From positions 992,001 to 1,056,000 of the forward strand of contig CM082590.2 in the NCBI GenBank assembly GCA_040954595.2: a stretch of DNA of 64,000 nt, written 5' to 3'. Each line of letters starts with the position of its first letter. Positions within the stretch are counted from its first letter, which is position 1. The position numbers were made by a program, and so were the translations under genes. The notes below the pieces were generated by a model, which worked only from the letters and a program-made list of their open reading frames with translations, was not told where the DNA came from and ran no database searches. Below, piece after piece: positions 13,164-27,372 of this stretch. Source of the DNA: Balanoglossus misakiensis. Taxonomy: Eukaryota > Animalia > Hemichordata.

Positions 13164-15990
13164 GTTAAGGGGTTTAAAGAATTATATAAACAATCTATCA
13201 ATTTAATAAGCACGGGTGGATTTCCTGTACAATCATTCGTGATACTTCAGATTCATAAAGACAACATTTTTCAAAGTGGCCTATGTATCTAAAATTGCAG
13301 ACGACGTTTCAACGCTTTCAGTTGGAGATTTTCTACCTAATATTCACAAAAAGACCTCGGGTATTGTTAAACACTATTTAAAACCTTGTTACCCAGTGAG
13401 TCTGGTGGCGTGTGTACGACAGATCTGAGGTACAAAACTTCGCTCGAAACCCAACACGAGTTGGAGACCGAGTTTATTTACGTACAACATTGTAGCAATT
13501 TTTCGTATGTTTGCGCGCGCTCTGAAATCACGCGATGTCAACTGAGTGTGAACGAGCTGTTTCGCGTCGTGTCGTCTGCCCAGTTTTCGTGGCTAAAACG
13601 ACAGGAATAATACCCCAGTTGGCTTTAGAATTGCACATATCATGAGATTTGAGCGCCATAGAAACCGCAGATATCGTGGAACAGGAAGGTTAGTGTTAAA
13701 ATTATTGTTTTTAATCAAAGTATTGACCTCTGAGTTATGCTACGTTTGTGTCGGTGTCAAACGGACGCAATGTTTACAATGTACAAGGCAGCCAAATAGA
13801 ATCAGAGAAATGAAGAAATGTTATCACGATACTTTGGATTTCGTGTTATTATTTCTCGGGAATTTTATTGTTTTCTCAGACGAGGTGACAGGACAGACAC
13901 ACGAGGCATCTCGCGGTTCCGTTTTCAATGTTGAATTTTATGTTTTGGCTGTATTTGCGTGTCAGCTGACAGGTCTTCGCATTCATCAGAAGCTATCGTG
14001 CGTCGCTGAGATTTGATTCTTCATAGACGAAAATTATTTCATAACCATACCAAATAAAACATTTCCAGAAATTTAGAAGTTTGCAGACTTTTCTGCTAGT
14101 TGTCTATTTAGTGTTGAAGTCACGCTGAACTGCCAAATTTAACACAGACTCGCTGTCAATACTCAAACAGTGTACTTCTACGAGTGTGTCCTGTAACTGC
14201 CTTCCTTCAATAACCCATGTCATACAACAACAAATAGACGGTAAACGTTTATGCAATACCAATGAATTTATGTTTTAAAACTGGTCGACAGTCTGGAAAT
14301 GCATGAACAATCGATTGATTGGATTCCTTAACGATACTATTGTATCTTGTATTTTTTTGTAGTTACACTGTGGAAATCGGCAGGCAGCATTGCCAGTTTT
14401 TCTGCACATGCGCAGTTCCTCTGTCTTGAAAGAAAAGTCAAATTTCACCAACTTATTATTGTGCATTCGGAAAATAAACCCCAAATATTTTCTTTGTGAA
14501 CAAAAATACTGCCAGTGTGATTTTGTGTTCAAATCCAACCAATTATTATGTAAATTGACTTGTGATACCCTCTCTTAGCACAAAAAGCATAATTTCAGCC
14601 CCAAAATGGTTGCCATAGAAACATGTGATCACTAAACGGATATCATTTTTGTTCTTATTGAGCCAAGAAACCCCTATGGTGAAATTTTTGTGGAAATCGG
14701 TCCTATTATTATTAAAATTATTATTTTTATATAATTCTTTATTTAATTATTATTACTATTAACAGTTTAGGGGGTTTAAAGAATTATATTATATAATTTA
14801 TTTATTTAATAGCACAGGTGGATTTTCTGTATAATCATTCCTGTTTCTTGAGCGCTAAAGACATCATTTTTCATTTAGTTCAAGTGTATCATGAAGATAG
14901 GCCTATATCTAAAAATGCAGACAATTCAACGCTTCCGGTTGGAGATTTTCCATTTATACACAAAAAACACGGGTATAGTTAATACTATTTAAAACCTTGT
15001 TACCCGGTGAGTCTGGTGGCGTGTATACGACAGATCTGAGGTACAAAACTTAGCTCGAAATCTAATGGGAGTTGGAGACCGAGTTTATTTACGTACAACA
15101 TTGTAGCAACTTTTCGTATGTTTGCGTGCGCTCTGAAATCACGCGATGTCAACTGAGTGTGAACGAGCTGTTTCGCGTCGTGTCGTCTGCCCAGTTTTCG
15201 AGGCTAAAACGAGAGGAATAATACCCCAGTTGGCTTTAGAATTGCACATATCGTGAGATTTGAGCGCCATAGAAACCGCAGATATTGTGGAACAGGAAGG
15301 TTAGTGTTCAAATCATTGTTTTTAATCGAAGTATTGACCTCTGAGTTATGCTACGTTTGTGTTGGTGCCAAACAGACCCGATGTTACACAGAAATATTAT
15401 CACGATACTTTGCCTTTCGTATTATTATTTTTCGGGAATTTTATGGTTTTCTCAGACGAGGTGACAGAACAGACACACAATGCATGTCGCGGTTTTGTTT
15501 TCAATGTTTAATTTTATATTTTGACTGTATTTGCATGTCAGCTGATGGGTCTATCATGCTTTGCTGAGACTTAATTCTTCACAAACGAAAAATATTTCAT
15601 CATTTTAATTTTTCTCAAATACATATATAGATATAAATTCAGTGGTTTTAAATGAAATTTTAACTGGAGCCCTAGCCTTTCCAACCACCTTAAGGAAGTA
15701 TATTAAAGCATGAACAACAGATTGTATTTGATTTGATTCCCCAGCGATACTATTTTACCTCGCGATTTTTGTGGTGAAACTGTGAAAATCAGCAGGCTGC
15801 ATTGCCAGGTGTTCTGCACATGCGCAGTTCCTCTGTATTGAAACTTAAGAAAAGTCAAATTTTACCAACTTATAAATGTGCATTCGGAAAATAAAGCCCA
15901 AACGTATACTGCCAGTGAGATTTTTTTTTAAAATCCAACCTATTATTATTATTATTTAAATTGATTTGTGATACCCTCTCTTAGCACAAT
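5296..15990. repeat. ~1.6-kb tandem repeat array, units mostly separated by (TTA)n
   Basis: Units start at ~5296, 6882, 8539 (truncated), 9945, 11531, 13161 and 14762. Each begins (C/T)AGTT(A/T)AGGGGTTTAAAG, and full units end GGAAATCGGTCCTATTATTATTAAA. Three distinguishable variants. Confidence 0.9.
8457..8537. repeat. (TTA)n microsatellite
   Basis: About 26 TTA units. Similar tracts at ~5258, 9907, 13106, 19461 and 21030. Confidence 0.95.
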
Positions 15991-16007
15991 TGTCATTGCA
16001 ATGGACT

Positions 16008-19000
16008 GTAATAGATCACCCTGTTATCTTAAAAAAGCCTCACAATCAATGCAATTGCAATGAATATCCCAAACATTTAACACTACTGGAAGAGTCATTG
16101 ATTTTAATTTCTGGAGGGGCTGAAGGATTTGTGTATCATTTGTGTATCACTCTAAAAACAAAAATTTAAATTTGTTGATGAATGCCAGCAAAAAGCAGAT
16201 GACCTGCTCACTTTTTGTGAATATTTAAGCCTCTGTGTAGCGTCGATTTAAATGACAAAAATGCTAAAAAAAAGAATGAGATTCACCATCTTTTGTGACA
16301 ATGTACGTTTGATTTTTTTTACTCCACACCATAAGCCAGCATTTTTCTCTCCAAAAATCCCCATCCCCTTTATCGCATAAACAATGGGGCTAAATATTTA
16401 CATGTATTTATAGATAAAATTCAGACTATGCTACTATACAGAGGGTTACTTATAATTACAGTTTTCATGTTTGTGCTACATTTTCTAAATGTATGTGTTC
16501 CTCTGTAATTACTCAGCATTATTGCCTCTTGTTGTGCTCCTGGTTCGGTATTAGTAATATCTACCCTTATGTTATCCACGTTGCCAATGCCCAGCCATGC
16601 CACTGACACAACAAAGCCCTATACCCATTGCTGGGAATTGTGATCTAACTGGTATCCCCTTGAAGTCAATCTCAAATTGTGTTTATCTGTTGATTGGACA
16701 CAGGATATACATGATTAACTTCAATAAAGGATTGGTAACATTTCAAAGAAATAAGCCCAGTTTTCATTATAATACAGACGCTAGTCCTCAGAATGCTGGG
16801 GTCCCTGTGACCCCCTCCTCTTGGAAATAAGGCGTCGCGCCACCACTATGCATGACAGGCAAAGATAATGATTTTCAAGAACACAAACATGGATTTCATG
16901 AAAACAAGAATGATTTTCAAGAACACAAACATGGATTTCATGAAAACAATAATGATTTTCAAGAACACAAACATGGATTTCATGAAAACAAACATGGTTT
17001 TAATGAATTGTCAACACTTGGCTTGCCATTTAAGACTGTGTTCAATTTCGTCATCAATTGTTTGAAAACACACAGGACATCCCCAGAGCTAAGTTACCCC
17101 AGCAATCAGTTTCATCTCAGCTTGCAAATGGGGACTTGTCTTGTGTTCGTTCAGACTGTCTGTAGTCGTGTTGACAGTCTTTTGTGCTTAATGGTGAACC
17201 TAGAAATCTTCTTTCCTTTGAATTGATATAGGCCCCATGAACAATTTCAGCTTATTTGCCAATGTGGTAACGCAGTGCCATTAATCTAATTTGCATAATC
17301 AAAAATGGCCGCCAAATACCTCCTCTGAAATAAAATCTGATCTATGTATCTCAAAATCATGTGTTATATCTATAAGTCAGGTTTTGCATTCATATTGGTT
17401 CGTTAAACCCTGGTGCGGGGTAAACCCTCGGAGATAGGTGCCGTTAATCCGAATTTTTGGTAAGGAAGGTTTGAGAAGTCCAGACTATGTAAAAAATGGT
17501 GATGATTCAAAAAAAGTCACTCTTATTGACCCCACTCAAGACAAAATTGCCATTTTGGCCTATTTAACCCAAAAAGGTCATTTTTAGAAAACACTAAAAA
17601 CACACTGTTGTCGTCACACTCTGAGATTTGATGACATAAGATATGTTTATTCTATGTAAAATTTAGTGAATAATACGAAAAAAGCAGTCAGATTGACCCA
17701 AAACAACACAGAATTGTCTTTTCGACCATTTTTTGCCCCAAAAAACGTCATTTTTAGAAAAAAATTAAAACACATGGTTTTCTTCATAATGATTTATCTG
17801 GGAATATATGGAAAGTCAATTCTATGTTAAAAGTGGTGACTCTAAAAAGTAAAGCAGTTTTTTGACCTCAATCAATACAAAATGCCATTTTGGGCCATTT
17901 TTTAAGGTTAAAAAAGGTCATTTTTACAAAAAAACTAAAAACAAAGTGTTTTCTTCATATTCAAAGATCATTTGATATATCGAAATGGTCATTCTATGTA
18001 AAAATTTGTGCTGATTCCAGAAATAGCAGTCTAATTCACCCTACTCAAGAAAAATGCCATTTTTGCCACTTTTTGCCCAAAAACGTCAATTTTAGAAAAA
18101 AAATCAAAACTTATATATTTTCTTCACTTTCGGAGATCTGATTATGTATTATATGCCCACCCTATGTAAAATTTGGTGATTATTCAAAAAAGAAAAGTTT
18201 TATTGAACCAACCTAATGCAAAAATGCCCTTTTGGAAATATTTTGCCCAAAAAGGCCATTTTTAGAAGAAAACAAAATAAAAACAGACTTTTCTTCATAA
18301 AGTTCAAAGATCATGTGATATATGAAATGTCCCTTCTATGTAAAAAATGGTGCTGATTCCAGAAATTGCAGTCTTATTGACCTTACTCAAGACAAAATTG
18401 CCATTTTTGACTCTTTTTGCCCAAAACGTCATTTGTAGTAAACACCCAAAGCTTACATATTTTCTCCACTTTCGGAGATCTGATAATGTATTATATGCCC
18501 ACTCTATGTGACAAATTTCCAAAAAAGCAGTTTTATTGATGCCGCTAAAGATAAAAGGCCCAAAAAGTGGCATTTCTACAAAATACTAAAAATATGCCAT
18601 TTTCTTCCCATTGGTGATCTAATGATAAATAAAAGTATATTTTATCTTGAAAGTAGTGACATTTAAAAACCCCACTCTTATGCCATTTTCTTCCCATTGG
18701 TGATCTAATGATAAATAAAAGTATATTTTATCTTGAAAGTAGTGACATTTAAAAACCCCACTCTTACTGACCCAACAGAGGGAAAAAGTACCATTTTGGC
18801 CTCTTTGCTCAAAAAGGTAACTGTGAGAAAAAATAAAAACAAACTTATTTCTTCATTTTCAGAGCTCTTGTGATTATGGAAATTCCTGTCTTTTGGCAAA
18901 AAATATGCTGATACCAGCACAACGGTCTTATTGAGACACCCCGCTTAGTACAAAATTGCCAATTAGCCATCTTTTGGTCAACAATAGTCATTTTCAGAAA

Positions 19001-19456
19001 AGAAATATAATTGATGTTTTTGACTTTTGATTTTATATCTATATTTAAAATGTCATAACCATATAATATCAATTGAATTGTAGATGTTGAAAGACAGAGT
19101 TGCCTAAATTTGGCACATTTAGCCCAAAACTGATCCATGTTGATAGCAAATCAGAAAGCTATTCCTAAGCTTCACGGTATTTTACAAAAGTTTGTAATGT
19201 GGGAGAGGGACACACCCCCTACAACCAGCCCTTCATTCTCCGCCACATTTCATTTATTTACTGGTTTGTCTAGTTTACCAGGGAAGAGTACTTGCCAGTT
19301 GACCCACACCCACCAATGCTAACTTTGAGTGGAGTGGCAAAAGTAAAACCCTCTTGAAATCATGTTGTTTTAGGGCCATGAGATAAAACACCCGATTTAG
19401 CATTCTGTTTCATCTCATTCATACTGTGCTTGGGCCCGACAATGCTGCTTGCAGCT

Positions 19457-19470
<14 letters not shown>
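16008..19470. repeat. Segmental duplication block, copy 2
   Basis: Starts TAATAGATCACCCTG as at ~1673, with small deletions relative to copy 1. Confidence 0.95.
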
Positions 19471-19515
<45 letters not shown>

Positions 19516-19518
<3 letters not shown>

Positions 19519-21029
19519 GTTTAGGGGTTTAAAGAATTATATAAACAATTTATAAATTTAATAAGCACGGGTGGATTTTCTGTACAATCATTCCTGATTC
19601 TTCAGATTCATAATTTAGCGCTAAAGACATCATTTTTCAAAGTGGCCTATATCTAAAATTGCCGACGTTTCAACGCTTTCGTTGGAGATTTTCTACATAT
19701 TCACAAAAAGACCACGGGTATTGTTAACACTATTTAAAACCTTGTTACCCGGTGAGTCTGGTGAGGTAAAAAACTTTACTCTAAACCCAACGCAAGTTTA
19801 TTTACGTACAACATTGTAGCAATTTTTCGAGTGTACGCGCGCGCTCTGAAATCGTGCGATGTCAACTGAGTGTGAACGAGCTGTTTCGCGTCGTGTCGTC
19901 TGCCCAGTTTTCGTGGCTAAAACGACAGGAATACTACCCCAGTTGGCTTTAGAATTGCACATATCGTGAGATTTGAGCGCCATAGTAACCGCAGATATCG
20001 TGGAACAGGAAGGTTGGTGTTAAAATCATTGTTTTTAATCGAAATATTGACCTCTGAGTTATGGTACGTTTGTGTCAGTGTCAAACGGACGCAATGTTTA
20101 CACGTCAGCCAAATAGAATCGGAGAAATGAAGAAATGTTATCACGATACTTTGGATTTCGTGTTATTATCTCTCGAGTATTTTATTGTTTTCTCAGACGA
20201 GTTTCCGTTTTCAATGTTGAATTTTATGTTTTGACTGCATTTGCTTGTCCGCTGACGGGTCTTCGCATTCATCAGAAGCTATCGTGCGTCGCTGAGATTT
20301 GATTCTTCATAAACGAAAATTGTTTCATCACCATACCAAATAAAACATTTCCAGAAATTTAGAAGTTTGAAGACTTTTCTGCTAGTTGTTTATTTAGTGT
20401 TGAAGTCACGCTAAACTGCCAAATTTAGCAGGGACTCGCCGTCAACACTCAAACAGTGTACTTCTTCTACGAGTGTGTCCTGTAACTGCCTTCCTTCGAT
20501 AAACATACAACAACAAATAGACGGTAAACGTTTATGCAATACCAATGGATTTATGTTTTAAAACTGGTCGACAGTCAGGAAATATGCATGAACAATCGAT
20601 TGATTGGATTCCCCAGCGATACTATTGTATCTTGTGATTTTTTGTAGTGAAACTGTGGAAATCGGCAGGCTGCATTGCCAGATGTTCTGCACATGCGCAG
20701 TTCCTCTGTATTGAAAGAAAAGTCAGATTTCACCAACTTATAAATGTGCATTCGGAAAATAAACCCCAAATATTTCTTTGTGACCAAAAATACTGCCAGT
20801 GTGATTTTGTGTTCAAATCCAAGCTATTATTATTCAAATTGACTTGTGATACCCTCTCTTAGCACAACAAGCATAATTTCAGCCCCGAAATGGTTGCCAT
20901 AAAAACATGTGATCACTAAATGGATATCGTTTTTGTTCTTTTTGAGCCAAAACACCCCTATGGTGAATTTTTTGTGGAAATCGGACCTATTATTATTAAA
21001 ATTATTATTTTTATATAATTCTTTATTTA

Positions 21030-21067
<38 letters not shown>

Positions 21068-22300
21068 TAACAGTTTAGGGGGTTCAAAGAATTATATTAT
21101 ATAATTTATTTATTTAATAGCACAGGTGGATTTTCTGTATAATCATTCCTGTTTCTTGAGCGCTAAAGACATCATTTTTCATTTAGTTCAAGTGTATCAT
21201 GAAGATAGGCCTATATCTAAAAATGCAGACAATTCAACGCTTCCGGTTGGAGATTTTCCATTTATACACAAAAAACACGGGTATAGTTAATACTATTTAA
21301 AACCTTGTTACCCGGTGAGTCTGGTGGCGTGTATACGACAGATCTGAGGTACAAAACTTAGCTCGAAATCTAATGGGAGTTGGAGACCGAGTTTATTTAC
21401 GTACAACATTGTAGCAACTTTTCGTATGTTTGCGTGCGCTCTGAAATCACGCGATGTCAACTGAGTGTGAACGAGCTGTTTCGCGTCGTGTCGTCTGCCC
21501 AGTTTTCGAGGCTAAAACGAGAGGAATAATACCCCAGTTGGCTTTAGAATTGCACATATCGTGAGATTTGAGCGCCATAGAAACCGAAGATATTGTGGAA
21601 CAGGAAGGTTAGTGTTCAAATCATTGTTTTTAATCGAAGTATTGACCTCTGAGTTATGCTACGTTTGTGTTGGTGCCAAACAGACCCGATGTTACACAGA
21701 AATATTATCACGATACTTTGCCTTTCGTATTATTATTTTTCGGGAATTTTATGGTTTTCTCAGACGAGGTGACAGAACAGACACACAATGCATGTCGCGG
21801 TTTTGTTTTCAATGTTTAATTTTATATTTTGACTGTATTTGCATGTCAGCTGATGGGTCTATCATGCTTTGCTGAGATTTAATTCTTCACAAACGAAAAA
21901 TATTTCATCATTTTAATTTTTCTCAAATACATATATAGATATAAATTCAGTGGTTTTAAATGAAATTTTAACTGGAGCCCTAGCCTTTCCAACCACCTTA
22001 AGGAAGTATATTAAAGCATGAACAACAGATTGTATTTGATTTGATTCCCCAGCGATACTATTTTACCTCGCGATTTTTGTGGTGAAACTGTGAAAATCAG
22101 CAGGCTGCATTGCCAGGTGTTCTGCACATGCGCAGTTCCTCTGTATTGAAACTTAAGAAAAGTCAAATTTTACCAACTTATAAATGTGCATTCGGAAAAT
22201 AAAGCCCAAACGTATACTGCCAGTGAGATTTTTTTTTTAAATCCAACCTATTATTATTATTATTTAAATTGATTTGTGATACCCTCTCTTAGCACAATTG
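19516..22300. repeat. Two further units of the ~1.6-kb repeat
   Basis: A more diverged unit at 19516-21030. The unit at 21070-22300 is nearly identical to 14762-15990. Confidence 0.9.
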
Positions 22301-24431
22301 TCATTGCAATGGACTGTTTTAATTAATAGGTTTATGGAAAACTTTATAGTCAGGTGGAAATTTCAGAAAATGAGCATTTTATAAGCATGTCAGACATTTT
22401 ATGGTACAAGCTGGGAACAAGTTGTTTTTGGATATTTCGAATACGCTGATTACGAATTTGCCTTTTCCCAAAAAATCTTTTCACGTTTTCATTTCGAAAT
22501 GGCAAATGAATTTGTGACGTCATAATTTCAAAATACCTAAAAGAAAACGCTGTTTGTAGCCATTATGGTGCAATATCACAGGTCAACACCATAATAGTCT
22601 ATTGAAATCATATTCTTATATTCATTTATACATTTTTAAACATTTTTTTTTTATTTAGAAACGTTTGGTGAATTGGTAAAAATGCTAATTTATGTTGTTT
22701 AGGGGACACGCCCATCTAAAATCAATGGTCTACAAAAGAGAGCCAACGGTGTTAAGTGAGGTGTCTATTCCAATTTTTTCAGGGTCAAGGAATTCAAATA
22801 TGCAATTGGTTACCTGGTCAGACAAAGTGTAGCATGGAAAATATGCAAAATAAGCTTAATTAGTCATGATGTCATGCTAAAATTGACAACTGAAAGCTAA
22901 TGATACGACTATGGCCTGTGAGGTGTCTATTCATATGTTTTTTGACAAATGTTTGCATTTTAATGAATAACTGAAATGAAACTTTTCATATATTGTATGT
23001 AATAGCATGTAAAAACAACAAAAACAAACAAACAAACAAACAAGCAAACAAACAAATAAACATACACAACGAGGATTTTGTTTGGACTGTACATGCTCGC
23101 TGGTAACATCGTGACCGATCGCTCCGTTAAAAAACACCAGAACATTGAACGTATGAACGTTTAGGTCCACAATTCACAAGTTATTGAACTATGAATGTAT
23201 GTTCAATGTTGTGAAAAGCCAAAAACATACTTTTTGCCAACAAAACTGGCATTTGTTAATGCGCAAGTTGTTTATTAATTGCGAAAGCATCGTATGGCTA
23301 CACTCACATTATGCCAGCACCGTATATTCATGCTTAGTTATAAGACGTTGAATGCACACTAATGGCCCGACGTCCTCGATGTTTTTTCGAAACCCGGTTT
23401 CTAACAACAATTTCTCTTCATAAGTAAAGAGTAATGTGTATTTTTATTACGTTTTTATATATGATACTGTGTGCAAAGTGAATATTGTGTCAGTGAGGCA
23501 ACATATATACATGTATATTTAATCCACTTGGGTGTCATACTTGGCTCAGATGTGTGTTAATGTGTACTAAACAAATTCAGATAGCGAGCCAAAATATCTG
23601 TTGATGAGTTTCCATGGCAACCATGTTTTCATTTTTTTCAAAATGGCCGCCAATACAGATAATCTCACCCACAAAATAACAATTATAAAACACCAAAATA
23701 AATTCATATTACAATATTTGAAACAAGAAACTACTCAAAGAGTAATTTTCAAAATATTTATCATCACTAAACTAGTTATAGGGGTAAATACAGGATCGAG
23801 ATTCAGTCGCTAAAGAAATTCAAGTTTGGTAATAACCCCAGTTACAACAAACTTAGTTAAAACACTGTATTACCATATATATATTATAATAGTGGCCTGG
23901 CATAAACAAAATTTTCATAAAATTTGGGCATTTTGTGATAAAAGTTTAACAAGTAAAGCTCAGTTGATTCGTTATTTTCCCCATAAAATATCTTTGATGA
24001 ACACAATTCCAAAGTTAGTCAACCCAGGAAAAAACGGCATCTTGTTTCTCAACCTTATAAATTGATCTGACCAGTTTGAATCAGTGCAGAATCTAGCTTT
24101 TCTATTTTATCTTCATCAAATGATTCATGCAAATAAAGAATCACTCCCTCATAAAATGGTGGCAGAAAGCCAGTATCATGACAGTCGATTGGTTTGTTAA
24201 AGTTACTATAGAAACTAACTATGCATGTACATAGATAGATGTTAGGAATCAAAATCAAAATCTTGTTTCAAACTTTTCATCTAATACTTGTCCTTCGGAA
24301 AGCGTTTTGATGAAGTCGCTTGAAGTGCTTTGTATTGCTCAAGTTATCGATAATTTTGATCGCACCTTGATGATAGTCTGCAGTTCTATTTTGACATGTT
24401 ATTTTGTGTATGTTTGAACTCCCAAAATCAA

Positions 24432-24714
24432 AGAATAAACGAGGCTGTTTGGAAGCAACCATTGAAATTTTAGAACTATCCGTCGAGTCAAGTGGAAAAA
24501 AAAATTATGCGCATAGGCTTATCTATGTGTTCTACGCATCGCAACAGAATTCGGTAAATAAACGAGGCTGTGTTTGGAAGCAACCAGGGAAATTTTAGAA
24601 CTATCGGTCGATCTACAGAGACTAGTGGAAAACTTTCTGATGCGCATATGCCTATCATGTGTTCTGCGTCTCACAACAGAATTCGGTAAATATGCGAGGC
24701 TGTTTGGAAGCAAC
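24432..24714. repeat. ~132-bp satellite, left part (~2 units)
   Basis: Same unit as 41329-44203, cut at GGAAGCAAC by the LTR. Confidence 0.9.
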
Positions 24715-25903
24715 TGTAACCGGCTCTTCGCGACGGCAATAGTGCAGGCCGCGAGGGAACTCAGCCAAATTAATTTCTCGAGCGGGGGCCACAGGGGTTC
24801 TTCGTTTGGAGTTGACTTACAGGTTTGCAACAACAGGGAGCAGGGTGTGAAATGAGAAACTACCACACTCTCATGTAATGTTGAACAGGATGTATTAATT
24901 AATGCAACACCTACAGTGTTGACCGACAACTATATCAAACTCAACTTACAATATTTTGCAGTAAAACTCTCAAAAGGATTACTGACAAACTTTGGCTTCA
25001 AAGTCAAACACACACTACACATGATATGAAAATATCAGCATCGATTCTCAAAAAAATCTCTGATCAAGTCAAAATATTCACAAAAATAAATGTCTCTCTC
25101 TCTGCAGAACTTTACCGTAGTCACACATAAAAAAAGTTCAAACGCGACTCAACGTCCTGACTGATACACACGTGACGAAACTCGATGTCGGTCACACTCA
25201 GGAAAGTCCGTGACGAGGCACGGATGCCAGGCTACGACCTTCGGATCAACATCAGTGGGCGTGGTCGCTTCACGGATGTCACTCGGGCGCTCGGCAAACT
25301 TCGTGTAATCGTCCAGCTCCGATGATAAGAACACGATTACATCCGGGACACTCCTACACAGTCTATTGCTCATCAATCGGCAAAATTCACTGGAATCGTC
25401 CCAGAAACGTTCAAAGGACAAAATAAGCACTGCTCATGAAAGCACAGAATGTCAATAAACCAACACCAACTCACTACGAAATGTCTGTCTTCACTCTCGA
25501 TGGGCAACATACAAATCCTCCGCAGGCCTCTACACAAACAGTTCAGCCTTCCCTGCGTCACGTGCGCGAAATCCGCCGACTCACATGTGATGATTCAGAA
25601 CGACTATATCCCAGCGAAAACAGTCCATCCCGGGACAATACGGCATCTACCTAGGCATTGGACCCGGCGGGAGTCTGCCTCGAAGTAGCAGGTCCGTCGT
25701 TGCACTCACCACGCCAAAACACCTCGATTAAAAATCCGCATCGGCGATCAAACTCACCATAGAACTGTAGTTTGACTCCATACTCAAGTTCTAGAAAGTT
25801 TTTCCGAAAAAACAGACCCCCTAGCTAGGTCGTATTACATACAACTCCCTTGCTAGTCGTCATATACCGGTACTAAATACCATGGCAAAATATGCGGGCT
25901 ACA
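24715..25903 (-). repeat. 3' LTR (1,189 bp)
   Basis: TGTAACCGG...GGGCTACA, a direct repeat of 40152-41328 with 12 extra bases (CGCAGGCCTCTA). Confidence 0.97.
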
Positions 25904-25916
25904 CTCTCCCCTGCCC
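25904..25916 (-). promoter_or_regulatory. Polypurine tract
   Basis: Minus strand reads GGGCAGGGGAGAG immediately before the 3' LTR. Confidence 0.85.
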
Positions 25917-26321
25917 GGGAAAGTGCGTCCCGCAGTTTTGCTCTCTCAAAGCACTTTTGGGAAATGCATAACACTCATAAACTCATTGCAATAAAAGATT
26001 ACAAAGTTCTACTACTCAAGTGTTAGTGAAATATTTGTCACACACAAATGGACTTATCTGAACAAACATATCCCAAGTACATAGGACAACAGATAAATGC
26101 ATGTGTGGTGTACGCGCATATAAGCAGAAAGGATTTTGTATGAAACACCAAGACATATTACACTGACACGTATAGTGAAGTCTAGGAAACACATACTGTA
26201 GGACACTGATCCCCCTTTTTGTGACATATGCCATCTGCATTACACATACGAACACTCACAGTACTCAAAACATAAACATGCAACTATTTGCATAATCGCG
26301 CGACAAAGGCTAATCAACAGG

Positions 26322-27372
26322 TTAAGACCATCCATAGTACTGAGGTTTCTTGCGCAGCCTTGTTGATTTCCTCATAAACTGTGGTACATGATCATCTATC
26401 ATAGCATCAGCAGTCGACTCGTCTTCTGCAGGCTGCACGACACTGCTCTCATCTACATCAGAGACATCAGATTCCACCATGGCAACATCAAGAGAATTTT
26501 CTGTCATCCTGAGTTCCATCTGAGGGCCTTCTGATAGTCTGGTTTCACTCTGGTCATGGCTCGGCGTGTCTGCACTGCAAGATGATGGCTCATATACACC
26601 TTCAGCATCAGGCACCAACACTGGGCTCACTTCATGTGATTTTGGTGGGGTATGAATACTAGTCTTGTGTAAAACGTCACCGTTGTTGCCTTTTCTACAG
26701 CCTTCCTCTCTCCGGAGAGGTGTTGCTTCAGGCACGGCACGTGGAACAAACGCTGGTGTGTAGGGGTTGAGACCAAGCACGAACTCGTTATCATCTTCTT
26801 CACAACTGTCATCGCTCTCGAATTCAGTCTTCATCTGGTCACTGGTCTTGCGCAAAACTGTCGACCTGGTTCGATGTTTACGCTCAACCGGTGAAGTCGG
26901 GCTCTTCGGCTCTTTCTTCTCTACTTTCGAGTGATATGGCAACAGCAAATTGCGATGCAATATTCTCTGTCTCCCTTTACCAGACACTGGCTTTATAATG
27001 TACACTGGCACGTCTGAATCCAGTTTCCGTACAACTGTATAGGGCTCTTCTTCCCATCTGTCCGCTATCTTTGTCTTTCCTCTGAGGTTGACATTCCTTA
27101 CAAGCACTCTATCGCCGATTTCCAATACAGCGCCTCGCACCCTCTGATCGTAGCGCTGCTTGTTGTCTGCTGCTCTCTTCTCAGCATGCTTGGACGCAAC
27201 ATCATACGCATACTGCAAACGCTTCCGGAGTGTATCGGTAAACTCCTCATGTGTCGCTGGGCAGGTGTCATCTGGTTGCAGACCGAGATGCACGTCCATC
27301 GGTAGTTTCGGATGCCGTCCAAACATGAGTAGGGTGAGTAACCCGTACTGTCGTTTCTCGTACAGTTATATG
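26322..27372 (-). pseudogene. pol: Gypsy integrase C-terminal part and low-complexity tail
   Basis: AYNCTRNDSTGYSPY, then a frameshift into MFGRHPKLP...IGDRVLVRN...KIADRWEEEPYTV (GPY/F-like module). Confidence 0.9.

Noticed and set aside
5221-22300. Recurring 60-124-aa ORFs as a tandem gene family (including poly-L and poly-Y)
   Set aside because: They have non-ATG starts, variant-specific stops and no recognisable motifs; the homopolymers come from (TTA)n.
22317-24431. Gene or defined element in this interval
   Set aside because: I found only short ORFs, an (AAAC)n tract and a short repeated motif (GAGGTGTCTATTC); no boundaries could be supported.
26322-27326. env-like third ORF
   Set aside because: It is the frameshifted integrase C-terminus with an acidic tail; there is no signal peptide or transmembrane segment.
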